Positions 29,614-39,733 of a DNA stretch of 61,433 nt are shown one piece after another. Both the position numbers and the translations under genes were made by a program. Source of the DNA: Betaproteobacteria bacterium (GTDB lineage Bacteria; Pseudomonadota; Gammaproteobacteria; Burkholderiales; Burkholderiaceae_C); assembly GCA_031363785.1 (NCBI GenBank), contig JANLVB010000328.1, positions 1-61,433 of the forward strand, read 5' to 3'. Positions within the stretch are counted from its first letter, which is position 1, and every line of letters starts with the position of its first letter. The notes below the pieces were generated by a model, which saw nothing but the letters and a program-made list of their open reading frames with translations, was not told the DNA's origin and ran no database searches.

Positions 29614-29934
29614 ATGAAAAACACGACCCGTAGAACATTCATGATGCACGTCGCCGCTGGCGGCTCCGTGCTTGCCACTTCCGCTGCAACGGCCCAGGCC
29701 ACCGGCCCGAAGGTCGACGAAAAAGATGCCGCCGCTGCAGCCTTGGGTTATGTCGCCGACACCAGCAAGGTCGATAAGAAGAGGTTTGCCAAACATACGA
29801 CCGCCCAGATATGTACCAACTGCAACTTTTTTGTTGGTAAGGCCACCGATGCCTGGGGCGGCTGTCCCTTGTTTGCCAGCAAACAAGTCGCCGGACCGGG
29901 CTGGTGCAGCGCCTGGGTCAAGAAAGCCGCCTGA
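29614..29934 (+). CDS. High-potential iron-sulfur protein (HiPIP) with Tat signal
   Basis: TRRTFM signal, ALGY, CTNCNFF...GGCPLF...GWCSAW four-Cys pattern; GGAG SD. Confidence 0.92.
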   Translation: MKNTTRRTFMMHVAAGGSVLATSAATAQATGPKVDEKDAAAAALGYVADTSKVDKKRFAKHTTAQICTNCNFFVGKATDAWGGCPLFASKQVAGPGWCSAWVKKAA

Positions 29935-29954
29935 TTGGCGCAGGCAGGCGCACC

Positions 29955-31517
29955 GTGGCGGGCCCGCGCAAGATCCTGTTCATTTCGGCAGACCAATGGC
30001 GTGGCGAGTGCATGTCGGCACTCGGGCATCCCGTCGTCAAAACACCCCATCTCGACGCACTGGCGGCAGATGGCGTGTTGTTCAAGCGGCATTTTTCCGT
30101 CACATCCCCATGTGGGCCGGCCCGCACCAGCATGCACACCGGCCTGTACCTGATGAACCACCGCTCCGGCCGCAACGGTACGCCGCTGGACCGCCGCCAC
30201 ACCAACATTGCGCACGAAGTACGCAAACTCGGTTTCGACCCCATGCTGTTCGGGTACACCGACACCAGCGTGGACCCGCGCGGTCTGGACCCCGGAGACC
30301 CGGCGCTGCGCACCTTCGAGGGCCCCTTGCCGGGATACCACGTCGGCTTGTTGTTTCCAGACTATATGGCGGCCTGGATGAACGACCTGCGCGCCAAAGG
30401 CTACAAGTTTGACGGGCGGCACGACGTCTACCGGCCACTCCCGGGGTTCGTCGTGCCGACGGACCGGGGCCACCGCTTCGCCCCAACGCAGTTCAAAGCC
30501 GAAGACAGCGACACCAATTTCATGACCAATGCAGTCATCGCTTGGCTTGCTGACCACCAGCAGCAAGACTGGTTCATGCACTGCGTTTTTCTGCGGCCAC
30601 ACCCGCCAGTGATCACGCCACAGCCATACAACGCCCTGTACGATCCGCACCAGATCGACCTGCCACACCGGCAACCCTCGGCGCAGGCAGAGGCAAGCCA
30701 GCACCCCCACCTGGCGCAACGCATTGCCGGCCTGGCGCGCCCCAACAAATACGACGAGCACAATCCGCTCAATCTGGTGGACATGCCCGATCTGGAACTG
30801 CGCCAGATGCGCGCCTGTTATTACGGCATGATGAATGAAGTGGACGATGCAGTCGGGCGTATCGTGGCGCATCTCAAGGCGACTGGCGAATACGACGACA
30901 CGCTGATTGTGTTCACCTGCGACCACGGTGAGATGGGCGGTGACCACTACACCTGGGGCAAGGAAACCTACTTTGACCAGAGCTTTTACATTCCGCTGAT
31001 CATCCGTGACCCACGGCCGGACGCAGACGGTGGCCGAGCACGCCAGATCGAGGCAATTACCGAGTCAGTGGACCTGATGCCAACCATCCTGGCGTGGCTT
31101 GGGGTCGGCATCCCGGCGCAATGCGACGGCCACTCGCTGCTGCCATTCCTGCACGGGCGTGCGCCGGAGCGCTGGCGCACCGAGGCACACATGGAGTTGG
31201 ACTTTCGCACTGGTCCCCATACCGGCCATGACATCGAGGCGGCGCTTGGTCTTGAGCCTGACGAATGCCAAATATGCATCGTGCGCGGCGAGCGCTGGAA
31301 ATACGTGCACTTTGCCAGCCTGGCGCCACTGTTGTTCGACCTGCACAATGACCCCTGGGAAATGCACGATCTTGCAGGAGATGCGGCACATCAGGGCGTT
31401 ATCCTGCAGATGGCGCAAAAAATGTTGTCCTGGCGCATCCGGCAGCAAGAACATGTGCTGAGCAATCTGCACCTTGGGCCCAACGGGATGGAGGACCGCA
31501 GTCGAACGCGGCATTGA
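29955..31517 (+). CDS. Sulfatase-superfamily enzyme, phosphonate monoester hydrolase-like
   Basis: DQWR, KTPHLD, CGPAR formylglycine motif, TGLYLMNHR, DHGE; start placed at GTG 29955. Confidence 0.82.
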   Translation: MAGPRKILFISADQWRGECMSALGHPVVKTPHLDALAADGVLFKRHFSVTSPCGPARTSMHTGLYLMNHRSGRNGTPLDRRHTNIAHEVRKLGFDPMLFGYTDTSVDPRGLDPGDPALRTFEGPLPGYHVGLLFPDYMAAWMNDLRAKGYKFDGRHDVYRPLPGFVVPTDRGHRFAPTQFKAEDSDTNFMTNAVIAWLADHQQQDWFMHCVFLRPHPPVITPQPYNALYDPHQIDLPHRQPSAQAEASQHPHLAQRIAGLARPNKYDEHNPLNLVDMPDLELRQMRACYYGMMNEVDDAVGRIVAHLKATGEYDDTLIVFTCDHGEMGGDHYTWGKETYFDQSFYIPLIIRDPRPDADGGRARQIEAITESVDLMPTILAWLGVGIPAQCDGHSLLPFLHGRAPERWRTEAHMELDFRTGPHTGHDIEAALGLEPDECQICIVRGERWKYVHFASLAPLLFDLHNDPWEMHDLAGDAAHQGVILQMAQKMLSWRIRQQEHVLSNLHLGPNGMEDRSRTRH

Positions 31518-31629
31518 GGCGCGTACTGCTGCTGAACTCCGGTCACGGTGCCGGGTCAGACCACAGATAATCGCAGTTCGACACCAAGGCGCTTGCTTGC
31601 CGCAGTGCGCGAAACAGTCACCGACCATT

Positions 31630-32304
31630 GTGCCGACTCCTTCCTGCACCCCATCCGACACCTACCTTCGTCAGCACACCAGGGCTGGGCTGCAGTTATG
31701 TGCGCTGGGCTGTGAACGGGGTGGGCGCATCTTGTTCAGCGGCCTTGCCATCCATGCCGGCCCCGGCGTGTTGTTGCGGGTGCTTGGTGCCAACGGTTCC
31801 GGCAAGACCAGCCTGCTGCGCATGGTCTGTGGCCTGTTGCCACCGGCCCAGGGTCAGGTGTTGTGGAACGGCACGCCGATCAGGCAGCTTGCCGAAGAAT
31901 TCGGGCGCCAGATGGTGTACCTGGGACATGCAGCAGCCATCAAGGACGATCTGACAGGAATTGAAAACCTGGTCATGGCGTGCCAGCTCGGTGGTCTGGT
32001 GGTCACGCCGGCGCAGGCGGCGGCGGCACTGCAGCACTCGGGTGTGGGACGGCTGGCGCAGCTACCGACACGCCTGCTCTCGCAAGGGCAGCGCCGCCGG
32101 GTTGCGCTGGCGCGGCTGGTGCTGTGCAGCGCCACACCGCTGTGGGTGCTGGACGAGCCGTTCAATGCACTGGACCGGTTGGCGACGGACTGGTTGTGTA
32201 CGCTGATCACGGCCCACCTCGGGCGCGGTGGCATGGTGGTCTTGACGAGCCACCAACAGATAGGCCTCGACGACTTGTCGGGCCAGATTGTGGTGAACCT
32301 GTGA
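31630..32304 (+). CDS. ccmA: Heme exporter ATP-binding subunit
   Basis: GANGSGKT, LSQGQRRRVALARL, LWVLDEPF, TSHQ; start uncertain. Confidence 0.9.
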   Translation: MPTPSCTPSDTYLRQHTRAGLQLCALGCERGGRILFSGLAIHAGPGVLLRVLGANGSGKTSLLRMVCGLLPPAQGQVLWNGTPIRQLAEEFGRQMVYLGHAAAIKDDLTGIENLVMACQLGGLVVTPAQAAAALQHSGVGRLAQLPTRLLSQGQRRRVALARLVLCSATPLWVLDEPFNALDRLATDWLCTLITAHLGRGGMVVLTSHQQIGLDDLSGQIVVNL

Positions 32305-33011
32305 CCCCCCCGGGGCCATCCACCTCCCTGCGCGCAACTGGCGTGCTGACGGCGATGCGGTGCGTGTTGGCGCGCGACCTGCGGCTGGCCCTGCGTAGGC
32401 GCGCCGACACACTCAGCGCACTGGTGTTTTTTGTCATGGTCACCAGCCTGTTCCCGCTTGGTGTCGGTCCGGAGACCAGCCTGTTGCGCACCATGGCGCC
32501 GGGGGTATTGTGGGTGACCGCGCTGCTGGCGGCGATGTTGTCGCTGGGGCGCATGTTTGCCGACGACTTCCAGGACGGAACATTGGAGCAACTGCTGCTG
32601 GCTGCCTGCCCTCTGCCGTTGCTTGTCGCCGCCAAGATTGCCGCACATTGGTTGTGTTCCGGCTTGCTGCTGGCGCTGGCGTCGCCCCTGCTGGCATTGC
32701 AGTTCAACCTCGGCTGGCCGGCCAGTGGCGTGTTGGTGGCATCCCTGTTGCTCGGCACGCCGGTATTGAGCCTGGTTGGTGCGGTGGGTGCGGCGCTGAC
32801 CGTGGGTGTGCGTGGTGCAGCTGTGCTGATGCCGTTGCTTATCCTGCCGCTGTGTGTGCCGGTCCTGATCTTTGGTGCGGCAGCGGTCGAGGCCAGCCAC
32901 GCCGGCATGGCGGTAACTGGGCATTTTTCCTTGTTGGCGGCCTTCCTGGTGGCTGCTCTGGCGCTGGCTCCCTGGGCTACGGCCGCCGCCTTGCGCATCG
33001 CTGTGGAATAA
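32301..33011 (+). CDS. ccmB: Heme exporter permease
   Basis: RDLRLALRR, LFPLGVGP, DFQDGTLEQL, PVLIFG. Confidence 0.93.
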   Translation: MTPPGPSTSLRATGVLTAMRCVLARDLRLALRRRADTLSALVFFVMVTSLFPLGVGPETSLLRTMAPGVLWVTALLAAMLSLGRMFADDFQDGTLEQLLLAACPLPLLVAAKIAAHWLCSGLLLALASPLLALQFNLGWPASGVLVASLLLGTPVLSLVGAVGAALTVGVRGAAVLMPLLILPLCVPVLIFGAAAVEASHAGMAVTGHFSLLAAFLVAALALAPWATAAALRIAVE

Positions 33012-33093
33012 GCTTTTGGCTGGCTCACCATTACCCCGCCATGTTTCAGGCGCTTGCCCGCTGGGTTAAATTCAGGGGTTATTCAATCACACC

Positions 33094-33840
33094 ATGGCCA
33101 CTTCCCGCATCCACTGGTTCAAATTCGCCGCGCCGCAGAGCTTTTTTGCGCTTGCCGGGCGCATGGTGCCGTGGTTCGGCATGGCTGCCGCGCTGCTGTG
33201 CGCCGTTGGCCTGTACCTCGGCCTGTGGCTGGCCCCGACCGATGCCCAGCAAGGCGACGCCTACCGCATCATTTTTGTCCACGTGCCGGCCGCCTGGATG
33301 TCCATGGTGGTGTACCTGGCAATGGCTTTCTGGGCCGCCATCGGCCTGGTGTTCAATTCGCGCCTGTCGGCCATGCTTGCTTGTGCGCTTGCGCCCACCG
33401 GCGCCTGGATGACTTTTCTGGCTCTGTGGACCGGCGCCCTCTGGGGCAAACCCACCTGGGGCGCATGGTGGGTGTGGGATGCGCGGCTTACCTCCGAACT
33501 GGTGTTGCTGTTTCTCTACTTCGGCTTCATGGCCCTGCACGCCGCCATCGATGACCTGCGGCGCGCCGACCGGTCGGCCGCGCTGCTGGCTATCGTGGGC
33601 GTGGTGAACGTGCCCATCATCTACTTCTCGGTCGTCTGGTGGAACACGCTGCACCAGGGCGCCTCGGTCAGCCTGACCAAGGCACCCAGCATGGCACCGC
33701 CCATGCTGATCGGAATGCTGGTGATGTCACTCGGCTTCTGGATGTATTGCATTGCAGTTGCCCTGGTGCGCACGCGCAGCATCATCCTGGAGCGCGAGCG
33801 CCACACCGGCTGGGCACGCCAAGCCATGGGAGCTGCGTGA
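33094..33840 (+). CDS. ccmC: Heme exporter protein C
   Basis: [30 protein letters not shown]. Confidence 0.96.
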   Translation: MATSRIHWFKFAAPQSFFALAGRMVPWFGMAAALLCAVGLYLGLWLAPTDAQQGDAYRIIFVHVPAAWMSMVVYLAMAFWAAIGLVFNSRLSAMLACALAPTGAWMTFLALWTGALWGKPTWGAWWVWDARLTSELVLLFLYFGFMALHAAIDDLRRADRSAALLAIVGVVNVPIIYFSVVWWNTLHQGASVSLTKAPSMAPPMLIGMLVMSLGFWMYCIAVALVRTRSIILERERHTGWARQAMGAA

Positions 33841-34010
33841 TGTGGACCAGCTGGCAGCAGTTTTTCGCCATGAGCGGCTACGGCCTGTACGTATGGGGCT
33901 CAATCAGCATGTGCCTGCTGGTGGTGGTGGTGGAACTGTCGCAGTTGGCACTGCGCCGCAAGGCCATACTGGCAGCAAACGCGCACAACCCTGGAGAATC
34001 GTGCACATGA
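33840..34010 (+). CDS. ccmD: Heme exporter protein D
   Basis: [21 protein letters not shown] + one TM; between ccmC and ccmE. Confidence 0.9.
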   Translation: MWTSWQQFFAMSGYGLYVWGSISMCLLVVVVELSQLALRRKAILAANAHNPGESCT

Positions 34011-34516
34011 AACCCAGAATCAAGCGTGCCTTGATCGTCATCGGCGGGCTGGCCGCGCTCGGCTTGACCAGCACCCTGGTGCTGAATGCATTCCAGAGCA
34101 ACCTGGTCTTCTTTTTCAGCCCGTCACAGGTGGTAGCCAAGGAGGCGCCCGTGGAGCGCAGCTTTCGCATTGGCGGGCTCGTCGAGCAAGGCAGCATCCA
34201 GCGCGAGGGCCAGGGGCTGACCATTCGGTTTGCCGTCACCGACCTGGCACACAAGATACCGGTCACCTACACCGGCTTGTTGCCGGACCTGTTCAAGGAA
34301 GGCAAGGGCGTGGTGGCGCAGGGCAAGCTGGGGCCTGATGGTGTGTTCCGGGCCGATCAGGTGCTTGCCAAACACGATGAGAACTATATGCCGCCAGAAG
34401 CTGCCCAGGCGCTGAAAAACGCCCGGCCCGGGGCGGCGCAACAATCCATGTCCACCGTGTCCGGTGCTTACAGCCCATCGCCGCCTGCAACGACCAGCAC
34501 AGGGGCCAAACCGTGA
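34007..34516 (+). CDS. ccmE: Heme chaperone
   Basis: [22 protein letters not shown]. Confidence 0.96.
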   Translation: MKPRIKRALIVIGGLAALGLTSTLVLNAFQSNLVFFFSPSQVVAKEAPVERSFRIGGLVEQGSIQREGQGLTIRFAVTDLAHKIPVTYTGLLPDLFKEGKGVVAQGKLGPDGVFRADQVLAKHDENYMPPEAAQALKNARPGAAQQSMSTVSGAYSPSPPATTSTGAKP

Positions 34517-36549
34517 TCTACGAACTGGGCCATGTCGCCCTGATCCTGGCGCTGACCATGGCGTTGGCACAAAGCATCTTGCCGCTGGCCGGTGCACACA
34601 CCGGCAACCGGGCCTGGATGGCGCTGGCGCGGCCTTCAGCGCGCGGGCAGTTCCTGTTCCTGGTGATCTCCTATGCCTGCCTGACACATGCTTTTGTCAA
34701 CAACGATTTCTCGATCGCGCTGGCCGCGCAGCATTCGAACTCGGCGCTACCGTTGATGTACCGCATCACGGCGGTGTGGGGCAACCATGAAGGCTCCATC
34801 CTGCTGTGGGCGCTGATCCTGTCGTTGTGGACGCTGGCGGTGTCGATATTCTCGAAACAGCTTGACGAACCGATGGTGGCACGGGTGCTCGGCGTGATGG
34901 GGCTGGTGAGCTGTGGCTTCATCCTGTTCACGCTTTTCACGTCCAACCCGTTCGAGCGGATGTTCCCGGTGCCGGCCGACGGCCGGGACCTCAACCCGCT
35001 GCTGCAGGACCCGGGCATGATTATTCATCCGCCGATGTTGTACATGGGCTATGTGGGCTTCGTGGTGGCATTTGCATTTGCCGTCTCGGCCTTGCTGTCG
35101 GGCCGCCTGGACGCTGCCTGGGCCCGTTGGTCGCGGCCCTGGACCACGGTAGCCTGGTGTTTCCTGACCGTCGGCATTGCGCTGGGCAGCTTCTGGGCCT
35201 ACTACGAGCTGGGCTGGGGTGGCTGGTGGTTCTGGGACCCGGTGGAAAACGCTTCCTTCATGCCCTGGCTGGTTGGAACCGCGCTCATCCATTCGCTGGC
35301 CGTTACTGAAAAACGAGGCGGCTTCAAGATGTGGACGGCGTTGCTGGCGATACTCACGTTTTCCCTGTCCCTGCTGGGAACGTTCATCGTGCGCTCCGGC
35401 GTGTTGAGTTCGGTACACGCGTTTGCCACCGACCCGGCGCGCGGGGTTTTCATCCTGGCCTTCCTCGGCATCGTGATCGGTGGCTCGTTGGCGCTGTTCG
35501 CCTGGCGGGCACCCAGGGTCGGGCTGGGCGGCAGCTTCGAGCCGGTATCCCGCGAGTCCATGTTGCTGGCCAACAATGTGCTGCTGGTCGTGGCTGCAGC
35601 CGCAGTGCTGCTGGGCACCATGTACCCGCTGGTGATCGACGCCCTGGGCATGGGCAAGCTGTCGGTCGGCCCACCTTATTTCGATGCCGTGTTCGTACCG
35701 CTGATGGCGCCGGCCCTGTTCCTGATGGGCGTGGGACCAATGGCGCGGTGGCGCCAGGCCGATGTCGTCGATCTGGCTCGTCGCCTGCGTTGGGCCATTG
35801 GTGTCAGTGTCGCAAGCGCGTTGCTGGCCTTTGCCACACTGGGCCACTGGACGCCGATGATCGGCCTGGGCTTGGTGCTGGCGGCCTGGGTTGCCAGCAC
35901 CGCCATACTGAACCTGGTGACGCGTGTGCGGGAGCACCCGGCGCCCTCGCTGGCGCGGCGCCTGGCGGCGCAGCCCGGAAGTTACTACGGCATGTTGCTG
36001 GCCCACTTTGGCATCGCCGTGTTCATTGTCGGTGTCACGGTGGTGAGCAGTTTTTCGAGTGAAAACGACGTGCGCATGGAGCCTGGCGACAGCGCCACCG
36101 TGGCCGGCTACAGCGTGCGGCTGGAGCAGGTGCAGCAGATAAAGGGGCCCAACTACAAGGCCTCGCGCGCCACGCTGCAGTTGTCACGTGACGGCGAGCC
36201 CCTGCGCATGCTGACACCGGAGCGGCGTGTCTACAACGTCAGTGGCAACGCAATGACCGAAGTGGCGATCGACCGCGGCTTCGGCCGCGATGTCTATGTC
36301 GCGCTTGGTGACCCGGTCAGCGCCACGGCGTGGAGCGTGCGCCTGCACCACAAGCCGTTCGTGAACTGGATCTGGATCGGCTGCGTGCTGATGGCGCTCG
36401 GTGGCCTGCTGGCTGTGATGGACCGTCGTTATCGCCAGAAGGTTCGCCAAAGCGACCCAACTTCCGGCCCGGCGCCAATGGTGCCCGCAGCGGCCCGTGG
36501 CGACGGCAGCAGGCGACCCGCCGTTGCCAGAAAAGTGCGCGCGCGATGA
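34513..36549 (+). CDS. ccmF: Cytochrome c heme lyase
   Basis: [47 protein letters not shown]. Confidence 0.97.
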   Translation: MIYELGHVALILALTMALAQSILPLAGAHTGNRAWMALARPSARGQFLFLVISYACLTHAFVNNDFSIALAAQHSNSALPLMYRITAVWGNHEGSILLWALILSLWTLAVSIFSKQLDEPMVARVLGVMGLVSCGFILFTLFTSNPFERMFPVPADGRDLNPLLQDPGMIIHPPMLYMGYVGFVVAFAFAVSALLSGRLDAAWARWSRPWTTVAWCFLTVGIALGSFWAYYELGWGGWWFWDPVENASFMPWLVGTALIHSLAVTEKRGGFKMWTALLAILTFSLSLLGTFIVRSGVLSSVHAFATDPARGVFILAFLGIVIGGSLALFAWRAPRVGLGGSFEPVSRESMLLANNVLLVVAAAAVLLGTMYPLVIDALGMGKLSVGPPYFDAVFVPLMAPALFLMGVGPMARWRQADVVDLARRLRWAIGVSVASALLAFATLGHWTPMIGLGLVLAAWVASTAILNLVTRVREHPAPSLARRLAAQPGSYYGMLLAHFGIAVFIVGVTVVSSFSSENDVRMEPGDSATVAGYSVRLEQVQQIKGPNYKASRATLQLSRDGEPLRMLTPERRVYNVSGNAMTEVAIDRGFGRDVYVALGDPVSATAWSVRLHHKPFVNWIWIGCVLMALGGLLAVMDRRYRQKVRQSDPTSGPAPMVPAAARGDGSRRPAVARKVRAR

Positions 36550-37070
36550 AAAAGGCACTGATCCCGCTGATCATCTTCGCCATCCTGCTTGGGTTCCTGG
36601 CGGTCGGCCTGGGCCTCAAGCCACGCGAGGTTCCGTCGCCATTGATCAACAAACCGGCCCCGGCGTTCAGTTTGCCGCTGCTCGACGCGCCACAACAGAT
36701 GTTGTCGGCCAATGACCTCAGGGGCAAGGTCTGGATACTCAACGTCTGGGCTTCCTGGTGTGTCGCCTGCCGTATCGAGCATCCGTTGCTGGTTGAGTTT
36801 GCCAAAACCGCCAGCGTGCCGATCTATGGCCTGAATTACAAGGACAAACGCGAAGACGCACTGCGCTGGCTGGCCAACTTTGGCAATCCGTACACGCGGT
36901 CGTTGTCCGACACCGAGGGCCTGGTCGGTATCGATTTCGGGGTCTACGGCGTGCCCGAGACTTTCGTCATCGATCAGCAGGGCGTGATTCGCTTCAAGCA
37001 TATCGGGCCGGTAACACCGGAAGTCCTGCGCGACGACATCCTGCCGCTTTTGAGAAAACTCGGTGCCTAA
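36546..37070 (+). CDS. ccmG: Thiol:disulfide oxidoreductase DsbE/CcmG
   Basis: NVWASWCVAC, YGVPETF. Confidence 0.95.
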   Translation: MKKALIPLIIFAILLGFLAVGLGLKPREVPSPLINKPAPAFSLPLLDAPQQMLSANDLRGKVWILNVWASWCVACRIEHPLLVEFAKTASVPIYGLNYKDKREDALRWLANFGNPYTRSLSDTEGLVGIDFGVYGVPETFVIDQQGVIRFKHIGPVTPEVLRDDILPLLRKLGA

Positions 37071-37551
37071 ACTTTCACAGCGCATCGCAGGATATTGCTT
37101 GCTGGCGGCGCTCGTGCTGTCGGCAGGCGGCTTGCACGCCAAGGAGGCCGCTCCCGCATCCGACGACCCGTTGCTGGAGGCGCGTGTACTGGTGATCGCC
37201 GAAGAGCTGCGCTGTCTGGTATGCCAGAACGAAACCATCGCCGCCTCACAGGCCGACCTGGCGGTCGATCTGCGCAAACAAATCCGCAACAAGCTCAAGG
37301 CCGGACAGTCCAAAGCTGAAATTGTCGACTTCATGGTTGCACGGTACGGCGACTTCATCCTGTACAACCCGCCACTGAAAAGCTCCACGTTGTTGTTGTG
37401 GATCGGCCCGTTCGCCCTGCTGGTGCTTGCCGCAACGGTGATGGCGCTGCATATCCGGCGCCGGCGCCGCAGCGCCGATGCTGGCGCATGGAGCGCGGCA
37501 GAGTCGCAACGGGCCAACACACTGCTGCAACAAGATACCAGGCTTCCATGA
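37063..37551 (+). CDS. ccmH: Cytochrome c biogenesis protein H
   Basis: LRCLVCQNE, RYGDFILY. Confidence 0.95.
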   Translation: MPKLSQRIAGYCLLAALVLSAGGLHAKEAAPASDDPLLEARVLVIAEELRCLVCQNETIAASQADLAVDLRKQIRNKLKAGQSKAEIVDFMVARYGDFILYNPPLKSSTLLLWIGPFALLVLAATVMALHIRRRRRSADAGAWSAAESQRANTLLQQDTRLP

Positions 37552-38819
37552 GTGTTTTCCTGATCGGTTTTGCCGGCCTGCTTGCGCTCGCCCTGCTGTT
37601 GTTGCTGCCCCCGCTGCTGCGTGCCGCCCCTGCCAGCAGCAATGCCGCCGGCGCCATGGATGCACAACGCGCCAATCTGCATATCCTGCGCGAACAACTG
37701 GCCGCGTTGGATGCCGAGCTGGCCAGTGGTGTGTTGGACGCAACCCAGTACCGGCTGGCGCGTACCGACATCGAGCGCCGCACACTGGAAGAGGCGCAGG
37801 TCGCTGGGCTAAGCCCGCCAACTGCCACGCGCGCCAGCAAGACCGCAGTGATGTTCGCCGTGTGTCTGCCACTGTTCGCGTTTGTCATCTACGGTGTGTT
37901 GGGAGATCCACAGGCCATGTTGCCGCGCGCCGCCAGCGCCGCACAAAACGATGTGACCTTGCCGCAAATCGAAGCCATGGTGGAGAAACTCGCGCAGCGT
38001 CTGGACAACCAGCCGACGCAACAGGACGGTGATGCCCAGGCCTGGACCATGCTGGCCCGCTCGTATTCGGTATTGCAGCGTTATGCGGATGCCAGCCGGG
38101 CCTATGGCCGGGCCCGCGCTCTGCAGCCGGAGAACGCGCAGCTGCTGGCCGACCATGCCGACGTGATGGCCATGGTGCAAGGCCAAAGTGTGCTGGGTGA
38201 ACCTTTGCAGTTGGTGCAGCGCGCCTTGCAGCTCGACCCCAAGAATCTCAAGGCGCTGGCGCTGGCTGGCAGCGCAGCGTTCGAACGCAAAGACTACAAG
38301 GCAGCGCTGGACTGGTGGGGCCAGGCGATACCGCTGGCGCCAGCCGGCAGCGAGTTCGCCTCCGGGCTGCAAAGCAGCATGCAGCAGGCACGCAGCGCCA
38401 TAGGTGACACCGGCGCCGCAACCGCCAACGCAGCTGCGGTCGCACAGGCATCACCCGCGGCTGCCGCGAGTACCGGCAAACAGGTCAGCGGTGTAGTGCT
38501 GTTGTCACCCGCGGTGGCGGCCAGGGCGGCGCCCGACGATACGGTATTCGTGTTCGCGCGGGCCGCTGACGGGCCGCGCATGCCACTGGCAATCCTCAAG
38601 CGCAAGGTAAGCGACCTGCCGCTGACCTTCCTGCTGGACGACAGTACGGCGATGTCGGGCGAGATGCGGCTGTCGAAATTCCCGCGGGTGGTGGTCGGCG
38701 CCCGGGTATCGAAGTCGGGCGATGCCATGCCAAGGGCCGGAGACCTGACCGGCCAGACCGGCCCGGTCGATACTGGCAGCCACAAGCTGGTCATCACCAT
38801 CGACGGCGTGCAACCCTGA
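37548..38819 (+). CDS. ccmI: Cytochrome c biogenesis protein I (TPR)
   Basis: N-terminal TM, TPR-like helices, VFARA..GPRMPLA C-terminal domain. Confidence 0.9.
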   Translation: MSVFLIGFAGLLALALLLLLPPLLRAAPASSNAAGAMDAQRANLHILREQLAALDAELASGVLDATQYRLARTDIERRTLEEAQVAGLSPPTATRASKTAVMFAVCLPLFAFVIYGVLGDPQAMLPRAASAAQNDVTLPQIEAMVEKLAQRLDNQPTQQDGDAQAWTMLARSYSVLQRYADASRAYGRARALQPENAQLLADHADVMAMVQGQSVLGEPLQLVQRALQLDPKNLKALALAGSAAFERKDYKAALDWWGQAIPLAPAGSEFASGLQSSMQQARSAIGDTGAATANAAAVAQASPAAAASTGKQVSGVVLLSPAVAARAAPDDTVFVFARAADGPRMPLAILKRKVSDLPLTFLLDDSTAMSGEMRLSKFPRVVVGARVSKSGDAMPRAGDLTGQTGPVDTGSHKLVITIDGVQP

Positions 38820-38827
38820 AGGCGTCT

Positions 38828-39727
38828 GTGCGCCTACCGCCTTTGCATGCCCTGCGCGCGTTCGATGCGGCGGTGCGCTGCGGCAGCTTCACGCAGGCCG
38901 GCGAAGCATTACATGTCACCCAAGGGGCGATCAGCCGGCAAATCAAGCAACTCGAGGAGTGGCTGGGCAAACCGGTGTTTGTGCGCCACTACCAGGGCCT
39001 GATACTCACCCCGGCCGGCAGTGTCCTGGCCAAGAGCCTGGACGCTGCGTTCGGCCATATCCAGCAAGCGGTAGACCAGATACAGCAGGTGGGCACGCGC
39101 CAGCGCATCGCGGTCAACGTGCCCGAGACTTTTGCCTCCCGCTGGCTGGCGCCGCGCCTGCGTGCCTTTCACAGCCGCCACGCGGACATCGACCTGGCGA
39201 TCACCACCAGCAGTGTCGCCAACCTGCGCGATGCGCAGCAGTACGACTGTCTGGTGATGTTCCTCGACGCGCCCTGGAGCCATGGCAACAGCCGCTTGCT
39301 GCGCCAGGAACATTACATAGCCGTGGCCAGCCCCGAGCTCTGGGCGGCCGGCTTGCCGCCGCAACTGGCCACGGCCACTTTGCTGCATGTTCTGGCCGGC
39401 AACAAGCGCCTGCCGATCTGGGAAAACTGGTTTGCCTCACTCGGCATCCGGAACATCGATCCGCGCCCGGGCATTGCTTTTTCCACCATGGACCAGGCCA
39501 TCAATGCTGCCGTATCGGGCGTCGGCGTCGCCGTGGTCGATGCGCCCATGGTGGAGCGGGACTTGGCAGAGCATCGGCTGCGCCGGCTCGATACCCATGA
39601 ATTGGCCGGCAACCATGGTTACTGGTTTGTCGAGCCACGCGACCACGGCGCCGGTGACCCGGCGCATGGCGCTGTGGTGGCGCTGTTCCAGTCCTGGTTG
39701 CTGGAAGTCAGTCGCACCACGCCATGA
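38828..39727 (+). CDS. LysR family regulator (GcvA-like)
   Basis: LPPLHALRAFDAA..GSFTQAGEALHVTQGAISRQIKQLE. Confidence 0.92.
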   Translation: MRLPPLHALRAFDAAVRCGSFTQAGEALHVTQGAISRQIKQLEEWLGKPVFVRHYQGLILTPAGSVLAKSLDAAFGHIQQAVDQIQQVGTRQRIAVNVPETFASRWLAPRLRAFHSRHADIDLAITTSSVANLRDAQQYDCLVMFLDAPWSHGNSRLLRQEHYIAVASPELWAAGLPPQLATATLLHVLAGNKRLPIWENWFASLGIRNIDPRPGIAFSTMDQAINAAVSGVGVAVVDAPMVERDLAEHRLRRLDTHELAGNHGYWFVEPRDHGAGDPAHGAVVALFQSWLLEVSRTTP

Positions 39728-39733
39728 CCACCA

